Below are positions 39,844-49,594 of a stretch of DNA of 64,000 nt, in pieces (the first letter of the stretch is position 1; every line of letters begins with the position of its first letter). The notes under the pieces were generated by a model, which saw nothing but the letters and a program-made list of their open reading frames with translations, made no database searches and was not told where the DNA came from. Position numbers and translations under genes: made by a program. The stretch comes from a candidate division WOR-3 bacterium (GTDB lineage: Bacteria; Hydrothermota; Tepidihabitantia; Tepidihabitantales; Tepidihabitantaceae). The stretch is from NCBI GenBank assembly GCA_026418295.1, contig JAOABP010000005.1, forward strand, positions 100,864 through 164,863, written 5' to 3'.

Positions 39844-42800
39844 GCGGTAATGGTGATCAGAGACCGATGACCGGTGCGGCGCTGGTGGTCGGCGCGGGAA
39901 TTGCCGGCATTCAGACAGCCCTGGAGCTGGCAGAGTCCGGTTTCAAGGTCTATCTTGCCGACTCCTCACCGGCGATCGGCGGGGTAATGGCGATGCTGGA
40001 CAAGACCTTCCCGACCAATGACTGTTCGATGTGTATCCTGGCACCGAAGCTGGTGGGTACGGGCCGGCATCCGAATATTGAACTTCTGAACTGTGCGGAA
40101 CTGCTGGAATTAAAGGGTGAGCCGGGTAATTTCATTGCCCGGATCCGGCAGCGGCCGCGGTATGTACTTCTGGAGAAGTGCACCGGCTGTCTGGACTGCA
40201 CCAAGGTCTGTCCGGTCCGGGTGCCGGATGAATACAATCAGCGGCTCTCGGAAAGGGGTGCGATTTATAAACGTTTTGCCCAGGCGATTCCCAATGCGGT
40301 GGCGATTGACAAGGGTGAGCGCCGGGCACCCTGCCGGCTTGCCTGTCCGGCCGGGGTTAATGCCCAGGCTTATATCGCCCTGACCCGCGCCCGCAGATTC
40401 AAGGAGGGTTATCTCAAGGTCCGGGAACGGCTGCCATTTGTCGGCATCTGCGGCCGGGTGTGTCATCACCCGTGTGAACAGGAGTGTAACCGGCAGCAGG
40501 TTGATGGTGAGCCGCCGGTGGCGATCCGGACAATCAAGCGGTTTCTTGCCGACTATGCGGCATCTCAGGGTGGTGTGCCCTACCCGGCACCGGCAGCGGA
40601 ACGGGAGGAGCGGATTGCGGTTATCGGTGCCGGACCGGCAGGGCTGACCTGCGCGCTGGATCTGCGGCTTAAGGGTTATCAGGTCACCGTTTTTGAGGCT
40701 GCGGACCAGCCCGGTGGCATGATGCGCTGGGGAATTCCTGCCTACCGCCTGCCGCGGAATGTGCTCGATCAGGAGATTAAGGATATACTTGATACCGGAA
40801 TTGAGCTGAAGCTGAATACACCGGTCAGAACAACCGCGGAACTGCAGGAGTTGCGCAATCAGGGCTATCGGGCGGTTTTTGTTGCCCTTGGTGCCCAGCG
40901 CAGCCGGACCCTGAATATTCCGGGTATGGAGCTTGAGGGGGTTTTGCACGGAATTGAGTTTTTGCGCCAGGTTAACCGGGGTGAGGCGCCGGCGGTGGGC
41001 AGGCGGGTGGTGGTTATTGGCGGTGGCAATGTGGCGGTGGATGTGGCGATGTGTGCCCGGCGCGCCGGTGCCGAGGAAGTAACGATGGTGTGTCTTGAGC
41101 AGCGGGAGGAGATGCCGGCGCACGAATGGGAGATTGAGGAGGCGCTGGCTGAGGGCATCAAAATCATGCCGGGCTGGGGTCCGGCAGCGATCCGGGGAGA
41201 AAACGGCAGGGTCAAGGGTCTGGAGACGGTAGAATGCGTCCGGGTGTTTGATGAACAGCGCCGGTTCAATCCGGCGTTCAACCCGGAGCATACCGGATTT
41301 GTGTCCGCAGATACGGTAATTCTGGCAATCGGACAGCAGGTGGCGGCTGAAGGGTTTGAAGGCATTGAACGGGGACCGGGCGGAACATTCAGGGTTGATC
41401 CGGTGACGCTGGAGGTCAGCGGGCTGGAAGGTGTTTTTGCCGGTGGCGATCTGGTGAGCGGACCGGCATCAGTAATTGAGGCGGTCCAGGCCGGGCATGA
41501 GGCGGCGATTTCTATTGACCGTTTTATCCGGGGGGAGGATCTGCGTGCAGGCAGACCGGAGCCGAAGCCGGAGAAGGCAAAGGTCGAAGACTCTGCCGCT
41601 TACCGGACCGGAATCAGAAAACAGCCACGGACCGGGGAACCGGTTCTGCCGCCTGGTGAACGCAGTGGTGAGCGGGAGATTAACCTTGGTTTCTCTGAGG
41701 AACAGGCGGTCCTTGAGGCACAGCGGTGTCTGGACTGCGGAGTGTGCTGTGAGTGTCTGCAGTGTGTTGCCGCCTGTGAAGCAGGGGCAATTGATCACCT
41801 CCAGCAGGCGCAGGAGCGGGAGCTGCAGGTGGGGGCGGTGGTTCTTGCCGGCGGGTTCACCGAGCACAAGCCGGTTGCTGATGTCAGTCTGGGATATGGC
41901 CGGCATCCGAACATTATCACCAGTCTGGAGTTTGAGCGAATCCTTTCCGCCACCGGTCCTTACGAGGGGCATGTGCGCCGGCCTGGAGACCGGACTCAGC
42001 CGAAGAAGATCGCCTGGGTGCAGTGTGTGGGGTCAAGAAATCAGGAGCATTATTACTGTTCTTCGGTCTGCTGCATGTTTGCAACCAAGGAGGCGGTGAT
42101 CGCCAAGGAGCACTGCCTCGGTGATCTGGAGTGCCATATCTACTATATGGACATGCGCTGCTTCGGTAAGGGGTTTGAGCGCTATTATGAGCGGGCGGAA
42201 AAGGAATACGGTGTGGTCTTCCGCCGGTCAAGGGTGAGTGCAATCCGTGCTGTGCCCGATTCCGGTGATCTGATTATCTCCTATGAGGATGAACAGGGTC
42301 AGCTTCATGATGAGGTTTATAATCTGGTGGTGCTCTCGAGTGCGCTCGTGCCCAGCCCGGAGATGAGAAGTCTCTGCGAACGGCTCGGGGTCAAAACCGA
42401 TGAACAGGGTTTTGTCCAGACCGAGAGCTACTATCCGGTGGCGACGAGCCGGAGTGGTGTTTTTGCCTGCGGTGTGCTGACCGAGCCCAAGGACATTCCG
42501 GAGACGGTCACCGAAGCGACCGGCTGTGCTGGTGCGGTTGCCGGGCTGCTCAGTCCTGCCCGGAATACACTGGTGAGCAGGAAGAGTTATCCTGCGGAGC
42601 GGGATGTTACTCTGGAGGAGCCGAGGATCGGGGTTTTTGTCTGTAACTGCGGGATCAATATTGGCGGGGTGGTGCGGGTGCCGGAGGTGGTGGAGTATGC
42701 CCGGACCCTGCCCGGTGTGGTGCATGCGGAGGAAAACCTGTTTACCTGTTCCCAGGATACCCAGGAGAAGATCAAGCGGGTGATTCAGGAGCAGAGGTTG

Positions 42801-44285
42801 AACCGGGTGGTGGTGGCATCCTGTACCCCCAGAACCCATGAGCCACTGTTTCAGGAGACGCTGGCAGAAGCCGGACTCAACCGGTATCTTTTCACGATGG
42901 CAAACATCCGGGATCAGTGTTCCTGGGTGCACATGCATCTGCCGGTCGAGGCCACTGCGAAGGCAAAGGAACTGGTGCGGATGGCGGTTGCCAATGCCCG
43001 CCGACTCAAGCCGCTGGGCTCTTCCTCCCAGAAGGTCATTCAGCGGGCGCTGGTTATTGGCGGTGGTGTTGCCGGAATGACCGCGGCATTGTCAATTGCC
43101 GAGCAGGGGTTTGAGGTTTGTCTGGTGGAACGGGAAAAGGAGCTGGGTGGTAATCTGCGCCGGTTACGCTACGATGAGGCCGGTAATCAGACCGCCGAGC
43201 TTGCGAGCCGGCTGGAGCGTCAGGTCCGCTCTCACCCCCGAATCCGGGTGCTGACCGGAGTTGAGGTTACCGGGGTCAGCGGTTACATCGGCAACTACCG
43301 GTCAACGGTGCGTCCGGTGGCAGGTTCTGATGCTGGTGAAGAAATTCTGGAGCATGGGGTCTTTGTGGTAGCGGTAGGGGCAAATGAGTATGTGCCAAAG
43401 GAGTATTTCTACCGTGAGGACGAGCGGGTAAAGACCCAGCTGGAGCTGGAGGCTTTGCTGGAGCAGGGGACTGATTTCAATTCGCAGAGTGTAGTGATGA
43501 TTCAGTGTGTTGGCTCCCGGAACAGCGAGCATCCCTGGTGTTCCCGGGTCTGCTGTACTGAGGCAGTCAAGAATGCGCTGGCGATCCGGCGGCGCTATCC
43601 GCAGTCCCGGGTTTACATTTTCTACCGGGATATGCGGACCTACGGTTTCCGGGAGGCGCTGTACCGTGAGGCTCGGCGTGCCGGCGTTGTTTTCATTCAT
43701 TACGAGCCTGATGATCTGAAGGTGGAGAAGCGGGATGGCAGAATTGTTGTCTCCAGCTATGATCCGGTGCTGGCACAGCGGATTGCAGCTGCTGCTGACT
43801 GGCTGGTGCTTTCAACCGGAATTGTGCCCGCACCGGTGAACTCCCAGCTGGCAAAGATGCTCAAGGTGCCGTTGAATGAGGACGGGTTCTTCCTTGAAGC
43901 CCATATGAAGCTCAGGCCGGTGGACTTCAACACCGCCGGTATCTTCATGGCTGGAATGTGTCACAGTCCGCGTTTTATTTCCGAGACCATCGCTCAGGCG
44001 CTGGCAGCGGCGGCCCGTGCCGGTTCGGTGATCAGTCAGGACAGTATTACCACCTCGGCGGTGGTTGCCCGGGTTAATACCCGCTGGTGTGCGGGCTGCG
44101 GGGTCTGTGAGCAGGTTTGCCAGTATGAGGCGGCACGGCTCAATCCCGAAACCGGGAAATCGGAGGTGACTCCTGTGCTCTGTCAGGGCTGCGGGGCATG
44201 TGCAGCTGCCTGTCCGTCAAATGCGATTGAACTTCAGGGGTTTGAATCAAAGCAGCTGCTGGCAATGATTGAGGAGGCGCTGTGA
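39840..44285 (+). CDS. HdrL-like large HdrA: double HdrA module with GltD/SudA-like NAD(P)H-binding insertion
   Basis: Start at ATG 39840 (ATGA overlap); TFPTNDC; CGRVCHHPCE, GAGPAG, GIPAYRLP, GGGNVAVD; second HdrA module. Confidence 0.88.
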   Translation: MSGNGDQRPMTGAALVVGAGIAGIQTALELAESGFKVYLADSSPAIGGVMAMLDKTFPTNDCSMCILAPKLVGTGRHPNIELLNCAELLELKGEPGNFIARIRQRPRYVLLEKCTGCLDCTKVCPVRVPDEYNQRLSERGAIYKRFAQAIPNAVAIDKGERRAPCRLACPAGVNAQAYIALTRARRFKEGYLKVRERLPFVGICGRVCHHPCEQECNRQQVDGEPPVAIRTIKRFLADYAASQGGVPYPAPAAEREERIAVIGAGPAGLTCALDLRLKGYQVTVFEAADQPGGMMRWGIPAYRLPRNVLDQEIKDILDTGIELKLNTPVRTTAELQELRNQGYRAVFVALGAQRSRTLNIPGMELEGVLHGIEFLRQVNRGEAPAVGRRVVVIGGGNVAVDVAMCARRAGAEEVTMVCLEQREEMPAHEWEIEEALAEGIKIMPGWGPAAIRGENGRVKGLETVECVRVFDEQRRFNPAFNPEHTGFVSADTVILAIGQQVAAEGFEGIERGPGGTFRVDPVTLEVSGLEGVFAGGDLVSGPASVIEAVQAGHEAAISIDRFIRGEDLRAGRPEPKPEKAKVEDSAAYRTGIRKQPRTGEPVLPPGERSGEREINLGFSEEQAVLEAQRCLDCGVCCECLQCVAACEAGAIDHLQQAQERELQVGAVVLAGGFTEHKPVADVSLGYGRHPNIITSLEFERILSATGPYEGHVRRPGDRTQPKKIAWVQCVGSRNQEHYYCSSVCCMFATKEAVIAKEHCLGDLECHIYYMDMRCFGKGFERYYERAEKEYGVVFRRSRVSAIRAVPDSGDLIISYEDEQGQLHDEVYNLVVLSSALVPSPEMRSLCERLGVKTDEQGFVQTESYYPVATSRSGVFACGVLTEPKDIPETVTEATGCAGAVAGLLSPARNTLVSRKSYPAERDVTLEEPRIGVFVCNCGINIGGVVRVPEVVEYARTLPGVVHAEENLFTCSQDTQEKIKRVIQEQRLNRVVVASCTPRTHEPLFQETLAEAGLNRYLFTMANIRDQCSWVHMHLPVEATAKAKELVRMAVANARRLKPLGSSSQKVIQRALVIGGGVAGMTAALSIAEQGFEVCLVEREKELGGNLRRLRYDEAGNQTAELASRLERQVRSHPRIRVLTGVEVTGVSGYIGNYRSTVRPVAGSDAGEEILEHGVFVVAVGANEYVPKEYFYREDERVKTQLELEALLEQGTDFNSQSVVMIQCVGSRNSEHPWCSRVCCTEAVKNALAIRRRYPQSRVYIFYRDMRTYGFREALYREARRAGVVFIHYEPDDLKVEKRDGRIVVSSYDPVLAQRIAAAADWLVLSTGIVPAPVNSQLAKMLKVPLNEDGFFLEAHMKLRPVDFNTAGIFMAGMCHSPRFISETIAQALAAAARAGSVISQDSITTSAVVARVNTRWCAGCGVCEQVCQYEAARLNPETGKSEVTPVLCQGCGACAAACPSNAIELQGFESKQLLAMIEEAL

Positions 44286-44319
44286 AAGGCAAATCTTGGT
44301 GCGCGGCAGGAGGTGACAG

Positions 44320-44739
44320 ATGAGCTTTGAACCCAAAATTGTTGGTTTTCTCTGTAACTGGTGCACCTATGCGGGTGCGGATCTGGCAGGAACTTCACGG
44401 CTCCAGTATCCGCCGAATATGCGGCCGATCCGTGTGATGTGTTCCGGGGCGGTGGATTCGGTTTACATCCTCCGGGCACTGCTGGAAGGGGCAGATGGGG
44501 TCTTCATCGGCGGTTGTCATCCGGGTGACTGCCATTATGTTTCCGGTAACTACAAGACCAGGCGCCGGATGGTGCTGTTCAATTCAATCATGCGGGCGCT
44601 CGGGCTGGATGAAGGGCGGGTGCTATTGCGCTGGATATCCGCTGCAGAGGGTAAGAAATTTGCCGATACGGTAACGGAGATGACTGAGCGGTTGCGTCAG
44701 CTCGGTCCCAGTCCGTTCCGGAAGCTGTGGGAGGTGTGA
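44320..44739 (+). CDS. mvhD: MvhD-like [2Fe-2S] subunit
   Basis: FLCNWCTYAGADLAG, RVMCSG, GCHPGDCHY. Confidence 0.93.
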   Translation: MSFEPKIVGFLCNWCTYAGADLAGTSRLQYPPNMRPIRVMCSGAVDSVYILRALLEGADGVFIGGCHPGDCHYVSGNYKTRRRMVLFNSIMRALGLDEGRVLLRWISAAEGKKFADTVTEMTERLRQLGPSPFRKLWEV

Positions 44740-44740
44740 T

Positions 44741-45880
44741 TTGGGCAAGATCGGTCTGCTGCCAGTAAAGGATAACCGTCCGATTCAGACGCTGCGTGAA
44801 CTTTTTGTCCGCTGGCTGGAATCGGGTCGTGTGTCTGCTCTGCTGGTGCCGGCGGTTTCCCCTGCTGGGATAGCGGCGCCGGTGCTCTGGTCTGATCCGG
44901 AGAAAGCATCCCAGATTTATCCGCTTCTGCCGGTGATGGGAATTAACAGTGCCGGTGTGGTGGCAGAGATTGCTGCGGATAAGGCGGAAGGCAGCCGGCT
45001 GGGAGTGGTATTAAGACCGTGTGAGCTGCGGGCGGTGGTGGAGCTGATTAAGCTTCAGCAGATTGCCCGGGACAATCTGGTGCTGATCGGCGTGGACTGT
45101 GCGGGAACATACAAGCCGACTACATTGGTAAATGAGCTCAAAAGTGATGCAGGGGAACTTGAGAACTGGATTACCGGGTTTCTGACCGCTCAGGACCGGT
45201 ATCTGAAGGATGAGCGGTTACGCCGAGCCTGTCAGCTGTGTGAATTTCCGGTTCCGCTCGTTTATGATGTGGCGCTCGGCTTTCTCGGGGTCAATCCGAA
45301 GGAACAGCTGCTGATTCAGTCTGCCAGTGAGCTGGGAGATATGCTGCTGTCCGAAGTGAACATTTCGCCCGTTGCAGCAGTGCCGGCAGAGAGGCAGGTG
45401 TATCTCGACCATTTCATTCAAAACCGCCAGGAGCAGGCAGTCAGGATGATTGCCGATTTTGACCGGACTGCTCTCGGCCCGGAAAAGCTGGTGCGCTATT
45501 TTGCCCACTGCATCAACTGCCATAACTGCATGAAGGTGTGTCCGGTCTGTTACTGCCGGGAATGTTTCTTTGACTCGGAGGTTCTGAAGCGGGACCTGGA
45601 TGGTTATATCCGGGTGTCCCGGCGTAAAGGGCTGAACCGGATGCCGGCAGATACACTGCTGTTTCATCTGACCAGAATGAACCACATGATGACCTCCTGT
45701 GTCCAGTGTGGCATCTGTGAGGATTCCTGTCCAGCCGGGATCGGTCTGAGCGTCATGTTCAGGAAGGTTTCCCGGGAGGCGCAGGCAGCATTTGAATATC
45801 TGTCCGGTCGCTCGCTTGAGGAGCCGTTGCCGCTGACCACCTTCCGGGAGGATGAGTTCCGGCAGATCGGGGAGGATTAG
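44741..45880 (+). CDS. FdhB/FrhB-family Fe-S subunit
   Basis: RPCELRA, GVDC, RACQLC, CINCHNCMKVCPVCYC, CVQCGICEDSCP. Confidence 0.8.
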   Translation: MGKIGLLPVKDNRPIQTLRELFVRWLESGRVSALLVPAVSPAGIAAPVLWSDPEKASQIYPLLPVMGINSAGVVAEIAADKAEGSRLGVVLRPCELRAVVELIKLQQIARDNLVLIGVDCAGTYKPTTLVNELKSDAGELENWITGFLTAQDRYLKDERLRRACQLCEFPVPLVYDVALGFLGVNPKEQLLIQSASELGDMLLSEVNISPVAAVPAERQVYLDHFIQNRQEQAVRMIADFDRTALGPEKLVRYFAHCINCHNCMKVCPVCYCRECFFDSEVLKRDLDGYIRVSRRKGLNRMPADTLLFHLTRMNHMMTSCVQCGICEDSCPAGIGLSVMFRKVSREAQAAFEYLSGRSLEEPLPLTTFREDEFRQIGED

Positions 45881-45882
45881 TC

Positions 45883-46554
45883 ATGGCAGAACTGCTCCTG
45901 AACGAACTGGATGCCGGTTTCAAGCACCGGATTGCAGAACGGATGGGCGATGACAGTTTTCTCAACTGTTTTGCGTGCGGTTCCTGCACCGCCTCCTGTC
46001 CGGTGCGCCGGCTGGAGGAAAAATACAATCCCCGCCGGCTGATCAGGATGGCGATTCTGGGAATGAAGGAGGAGGTTTACCGCTCGGAATTCCTCTGGCT
46101 CTGTTCCTATCACTCTACCTGCCATTATCGCTGTCCGCAGAAGGTGAATATCGGAGCAGTCTGTGATGCGGTGGTGCGGATCCGGCAGGAGCGGGACGAA
46201 AACCACTGGCCGGCAGGTCCCTCCCGCGAGTTTCGCCAGCGGGTGCTGCGGGAGGTTTCTGGCGTGAGCGCCTGTTTTGTCTGCGGAACCTGCACCGCGG
46301 TCTGTCCCGAAAGTTTTCTTGATCCTTCGCGGGATCCAAGAAAGTTCATCCGCAAGGTCAATCTCGGTCTGGCACAGGCGGCACTGGCCGATGAGTTCAA
46401 GGATATCTGCGCCACCCATTTCCGGTGTGAGAGCCGCTGTCCGCAGGGGGTGAAGATCAGCCGGGTGATGCAGGTGCTGCGCGAGCTGGCGCTGGAAGAC
46501 GGTTTTTCCTGTCCCGAATCGTTAAACTTTCTGAAAAACCAGACAGATGAGTGA
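45883..46554 (+). CDS. Tandem HdrC-like Fe-S protein with CxxHxxCxxxCP motifs
   Basis: Two repeats, each CFxCGxCTAxCP followed by CSYHSTCHYRCP or CATHFRCESRCP. Confidence 0.75.
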   Translation: MAELLLNELDAGFKHRIAERMGDDSFLNCFACGSCTASCPVRRLEEKYNPRRLIRMAILGMKEEVYRSEFLWLCSYHSTCHYRCPQKVNIGAVCDAVVRIRQERDENHWPAGPSREFRQRVLREVSGVSACFVCGTCTAVCPESFLDPSRDPRKFIRKVNLGLAQAALADEFKDICATHFRCESRCPQGVKISRVMQVLRELALEDGFSCPESLNFLKNQTDE

Positions 46555-49500
46555 GCCGAAATTTTCGGACCGGGTGTTAGTTATCGGTGGCGGGATCGGC
46601 GGTGTTCAGGCAGCGCTTGATCTCGCCGATACCGGCAGAAAGGTTTATCTGGTGGAAAGTGCGCCGGCGATTGGTGGCTATATGGCGATGCTGGATAAAA
46701 CTTTTCCCACCAATGACTGTTCGATGTGCATTCTCAGCCCCAAGCTGGTCAGCTGTGCCCGCCATCCGAATGTGGAGCTGATGACATTGAGCCAGCTGGT
46801 GACCATCAGCGGTGAGCCGGGCAGGTTTCGGGTGCGGATTGTCCGCCATGCCCGCTCGGTGGATCTTTCCCGGTGCACCGGCTGTGGTGACTGTCTGGAG
46901 AAGTGTCCGGTCAAGGTGCCGAATGAGTTTGAGGGCGGTCTGGCTCAACGCCGGGCAATCTACCGGCTGTATGCTCAGGCGGTACCCAATGCACCGGTGA
47001 TTGACCGCCGTTTCTGCCTCAAATTCACCAAGGACCGGTGTGGTAACTGTGCACGGGTGTGCAAGGCCGGGGCGATTGATTACAGCCAGCAGGATGAGGA
47101 GATTGAACTGGAAGTCGGTGCGGTGATTAACGCAAGCGGCAGTGTGATTGTTGATCCGCAGCTCCGAAAGGAGTTCGGACACCGGCGCCTCGCCAATGTG
47201 GTTACCGCACTGGAGTTTGAGCGTATCCTTTCCGCCTCCGGTCCTTATTCCGGGCATGTCCTTCGACCTGGTGATGGTAAGGAGCCGAAACGCATTGCCT
47301 GGGTTCAGTGTTTCGGTTCCAGGGATGAGTCAATTGATCACGGTTACTGTTCCTCAGTCTGCTGTATGTATGCGGTCAAGGAGGCGGTGATCGCCCGGGA
47401 GCACAATCCGGCGATCGAACCGACAATTTTCTATATGGACATCCGGGCTTACGGTAAGGAGTTTGACCGCTATATTGAACGGGCACAGAAGCAGTACAGG
47501 GTGAGATTCGTCCAGGCAAGGGTGGCGGAAATTCTTGAGCAGAAGGAGAATGGGGGGCTGATTGTCCGCTACGCTGATAATGGTGGTCAGCGTTCTGAGC
47601 TGTTTGATCTGGTAGTACTGTCCTGCGGGCTCAGTGCCCGGGAATTTACAGGTATGACGGTGAAAGTGGATAGTACCGGATTTCCCGTAACCAGGCTGAC
47701 CGAGCCGGTCAGCAGTTCCAGTGCGGGGGTATTTCTGGCAGGCAGCTGTGCAGTGCCGGTGGCGATCCCCGAGACGGTGATGGCGGCATCAGCAGCAGCA
47801 CTGAAGGCGATGACGCTGACCGTTCCGGCGGCGAAAGCCGTATCTGAAGAGCAGGGTGGTTCTGAACTTGATGTTGCCGGTGCCGCTCCCCGGATCGGTG
47901 TTTTTGTCTGCAACTGCGGGATTAATATCGGCGGAGTAGTGCGGGTGCCGGAGGTGGTGGAGTATGCCCGGACACTGCCCGGAGTGGTGTATGCAGAAGA
48001 GAATCTCTATTCCTGTTCGGCGGATACGCTGACGAAGCTCAAGCAGAGGGTCAGGGACTATAATCTGAACCGGGTGGTGGTGGCATCCTGTTCTCCCCGG
48101 ACGCACGAGCCGCTGTTCCAGCAGACACTGGCTGAAGCAGGACTGAACCCGCATCTGTTTGCGATGGCAAACATCCGGGACCAGTGTTCCTGGGTGCATC
48201 CGGACCGGGATAGGGCAACGGAAAAGGCAAAGGATCTGGTCAAGATGGCGGTCGCCAGGGTACGCCGGCAGCTACCGCTCAAACCGGTGAAACTGCCGGT
48301 TACCAGGGCGGCGCTGGTCGTCGGTGGCGGTATCAGTGGTATGGCGGCAGCGCTGGCGCTTGCTGACACCGGCGTTGATGTTTGTTTGGTGGAGCGGGAG
48401 CCGGTTCTCGGGGGTATGGCAAGAAGGATTTACGAGACAATTGAAGGCGAGGATGTCCAGCGGCTTCTGGCAGAAATGGTGGCGCAGATAAAATCGCATC
48501 CCCGAATCCGGATTTTTACCGAAGCGGAAATCAGGCGCATCAATGGCTTTGTCGGTTCATTTGAAACTACGGTTGCAGTTGCGGGCAGAGAGGAGATAGT
48601 GCGTCACGGGGTTGTGATTGTTGCCACCGGTGCTCAATACCGTCAGCCTGACGAATATCTTTATGGACAGGATCCGAGAATCCACACCCAGCAGGAGCTG
48701 GAGGAGATTGTTGCCCGCCAGCCTGAGGAGCTGAAGCGATTGGATACCGTAGTTATGATTCAGTGTGTCGGTTCGCGGGAGGGGGAGCATAACTACTGTT
48801 CCCGGGTCTGCTGTACTGAGGCAGTCAAGAATGCGCTGGCAATCAAACGCATTAATCCGGATTGCGATATTTACATTCTTTACCGGGATATCCGCACCTA
48901 TGGCACACTGGAGCGATATTACCGTCAGGCACGGGAGGCGGGGGTGATATTTGTCCGCTATGAGGAGACGGATAAACCTCAGGTGAAAGTGTCTGAGGGA
49001 AAACTGCAGGTTGAACTGCTCGAACCCGTACTGAAGATGCTCCTGAGGCTGCAGCCGGATTGGCTGATTCTCTCCAGTGGAGTAACGCCTTATGCCGATG
49101 CCTCAATACTGGGACAGTTGCTGAAGGTGCCGTTGCAGCAGGACGGATTTTTCCTTGAGGCGCATGCCAAGCTCCGGCCCGTGGATTTTGCCACTGAAGG
49201 GGTATTTGTTGCCGGGATGTGCCGTTATCCCAAGTTCATCCCCGAGGCGGTGGCATCGGCACAGGCGGCTGCCGGCAGGGCGGCAACCGTTCTCGCCCGG
49301 GAGTATATTGAGGCTGAACCCTATCAGGCGGTGGTTAATCCGGAGCGCTGCTCTGCCTGCGGGATGTGTGAAAAACTGTGTGCCTATCGGGCAATTGAAG
49401 TGCAGGTGATTGATGAGCGTTCCGGCAGGCGGGCAGCAGTTGTCAATCAGGCGATGTGCAAGGGCTGTGGTGCCTGCGCCGCCAACTGCCGGTCGGCGGC

Positions 49501-49570
49501 AATTGATATCCGGGGTTTTGTTGCCGAAAACATCAGTCGTGAGCTTGCCGCACTTTTTGCCGAAGATTAA
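46547..49570 (+). CDS. hdrA: Double-module HdrA-like flavoprotein (~1000 aa)
   Basis: TFPTNDC, QCFGSRD, CSSVCC; second module QCVGSR, CSRVCC; C-terminal ferredoxin. Confidence 0.88.
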   Translation: MSEPKFSDRVLVIGGGIGGVQAALDLADTGRKVYLVESAPAIGGYMAMLDKTFPTNDCSMCILSPKLVSCARHPNVELMTLSQLVTISGEPGRFRVRIVRHARSVDLSRCTGCGDCLEKCPVKVPNEFEGGLAQRRAIYRLYAQAVPNAPVIDRRFCLKFTKDRCGNCARVCKAGAIDYSQQDEEIELEVGAVINASGSVIVDPQLRKEFGHRRLANVVTALEFERILSASGPYSGHVLRPGDGKEPKRIAWVQCFGSRDESIDHGYCSSVCCMYAVKEAVIAREHNPAIEPTIFYMDIRAYGKEFDRYIERAQKQYRVRFVQARVAEILEQKENGGLIVRYADNGGQRSELFDLVVLSCGLSAREFTGMTVKVDSTGFPVTRLTEPVSSSSAGVFLAGSCAVPVAIPETVMAASAAALKAMTLTVPAAKAVSEEQGGSELDVAGAAPRIGVFVCNCGINIGGVVRVPEVVEYARTLPGVVYAEENLYSCSADTLTKLKQRVRDYNLNRVVVASCSPRTHEPLFQQTLAEAGLNPHLFAMANIRDQCSWVHPDRDRATEKAKDLVKMAVARVRRQLPLKPVKLPVTRAALVVGGGISGMAAALALADTGVDVCLVEREPVLGGMARRIYETIEGEDVQRLLAEMVAQIKSHPRIRIFTEAEIRRINGFVGSFETTVAVAGREEIVRHGVVIVATGAQYRQPDEYLYGQDPRIHTQQELEEIVARQPEELKRLDTVVMIQCVGSREGEHNYCSRVCCTEAVKNALAIKRINPDCDIYILYRDIRTYGTLERYYRQAREAGVIFVRYEETDKPQVKVSEGKLQVELLEPVLKMLLRLQPDWLILSSGVTPYADASILGQLLKVPLQQDGFFLEAHAKLRPVDFATEGVFVAGMCRYPKFIPEAVASAQAAAGRAATVLAREYIEAEPYQAVVNPERCSACGMCEKLCAYRAIEVQVIDERSGRRAAVVNQAMCKGCGACAANCRSAAIDIRGFVAENISRELAALFAED

Positions 49571-49594
49571 CAGACGACACGGTTCTGGAACAGG

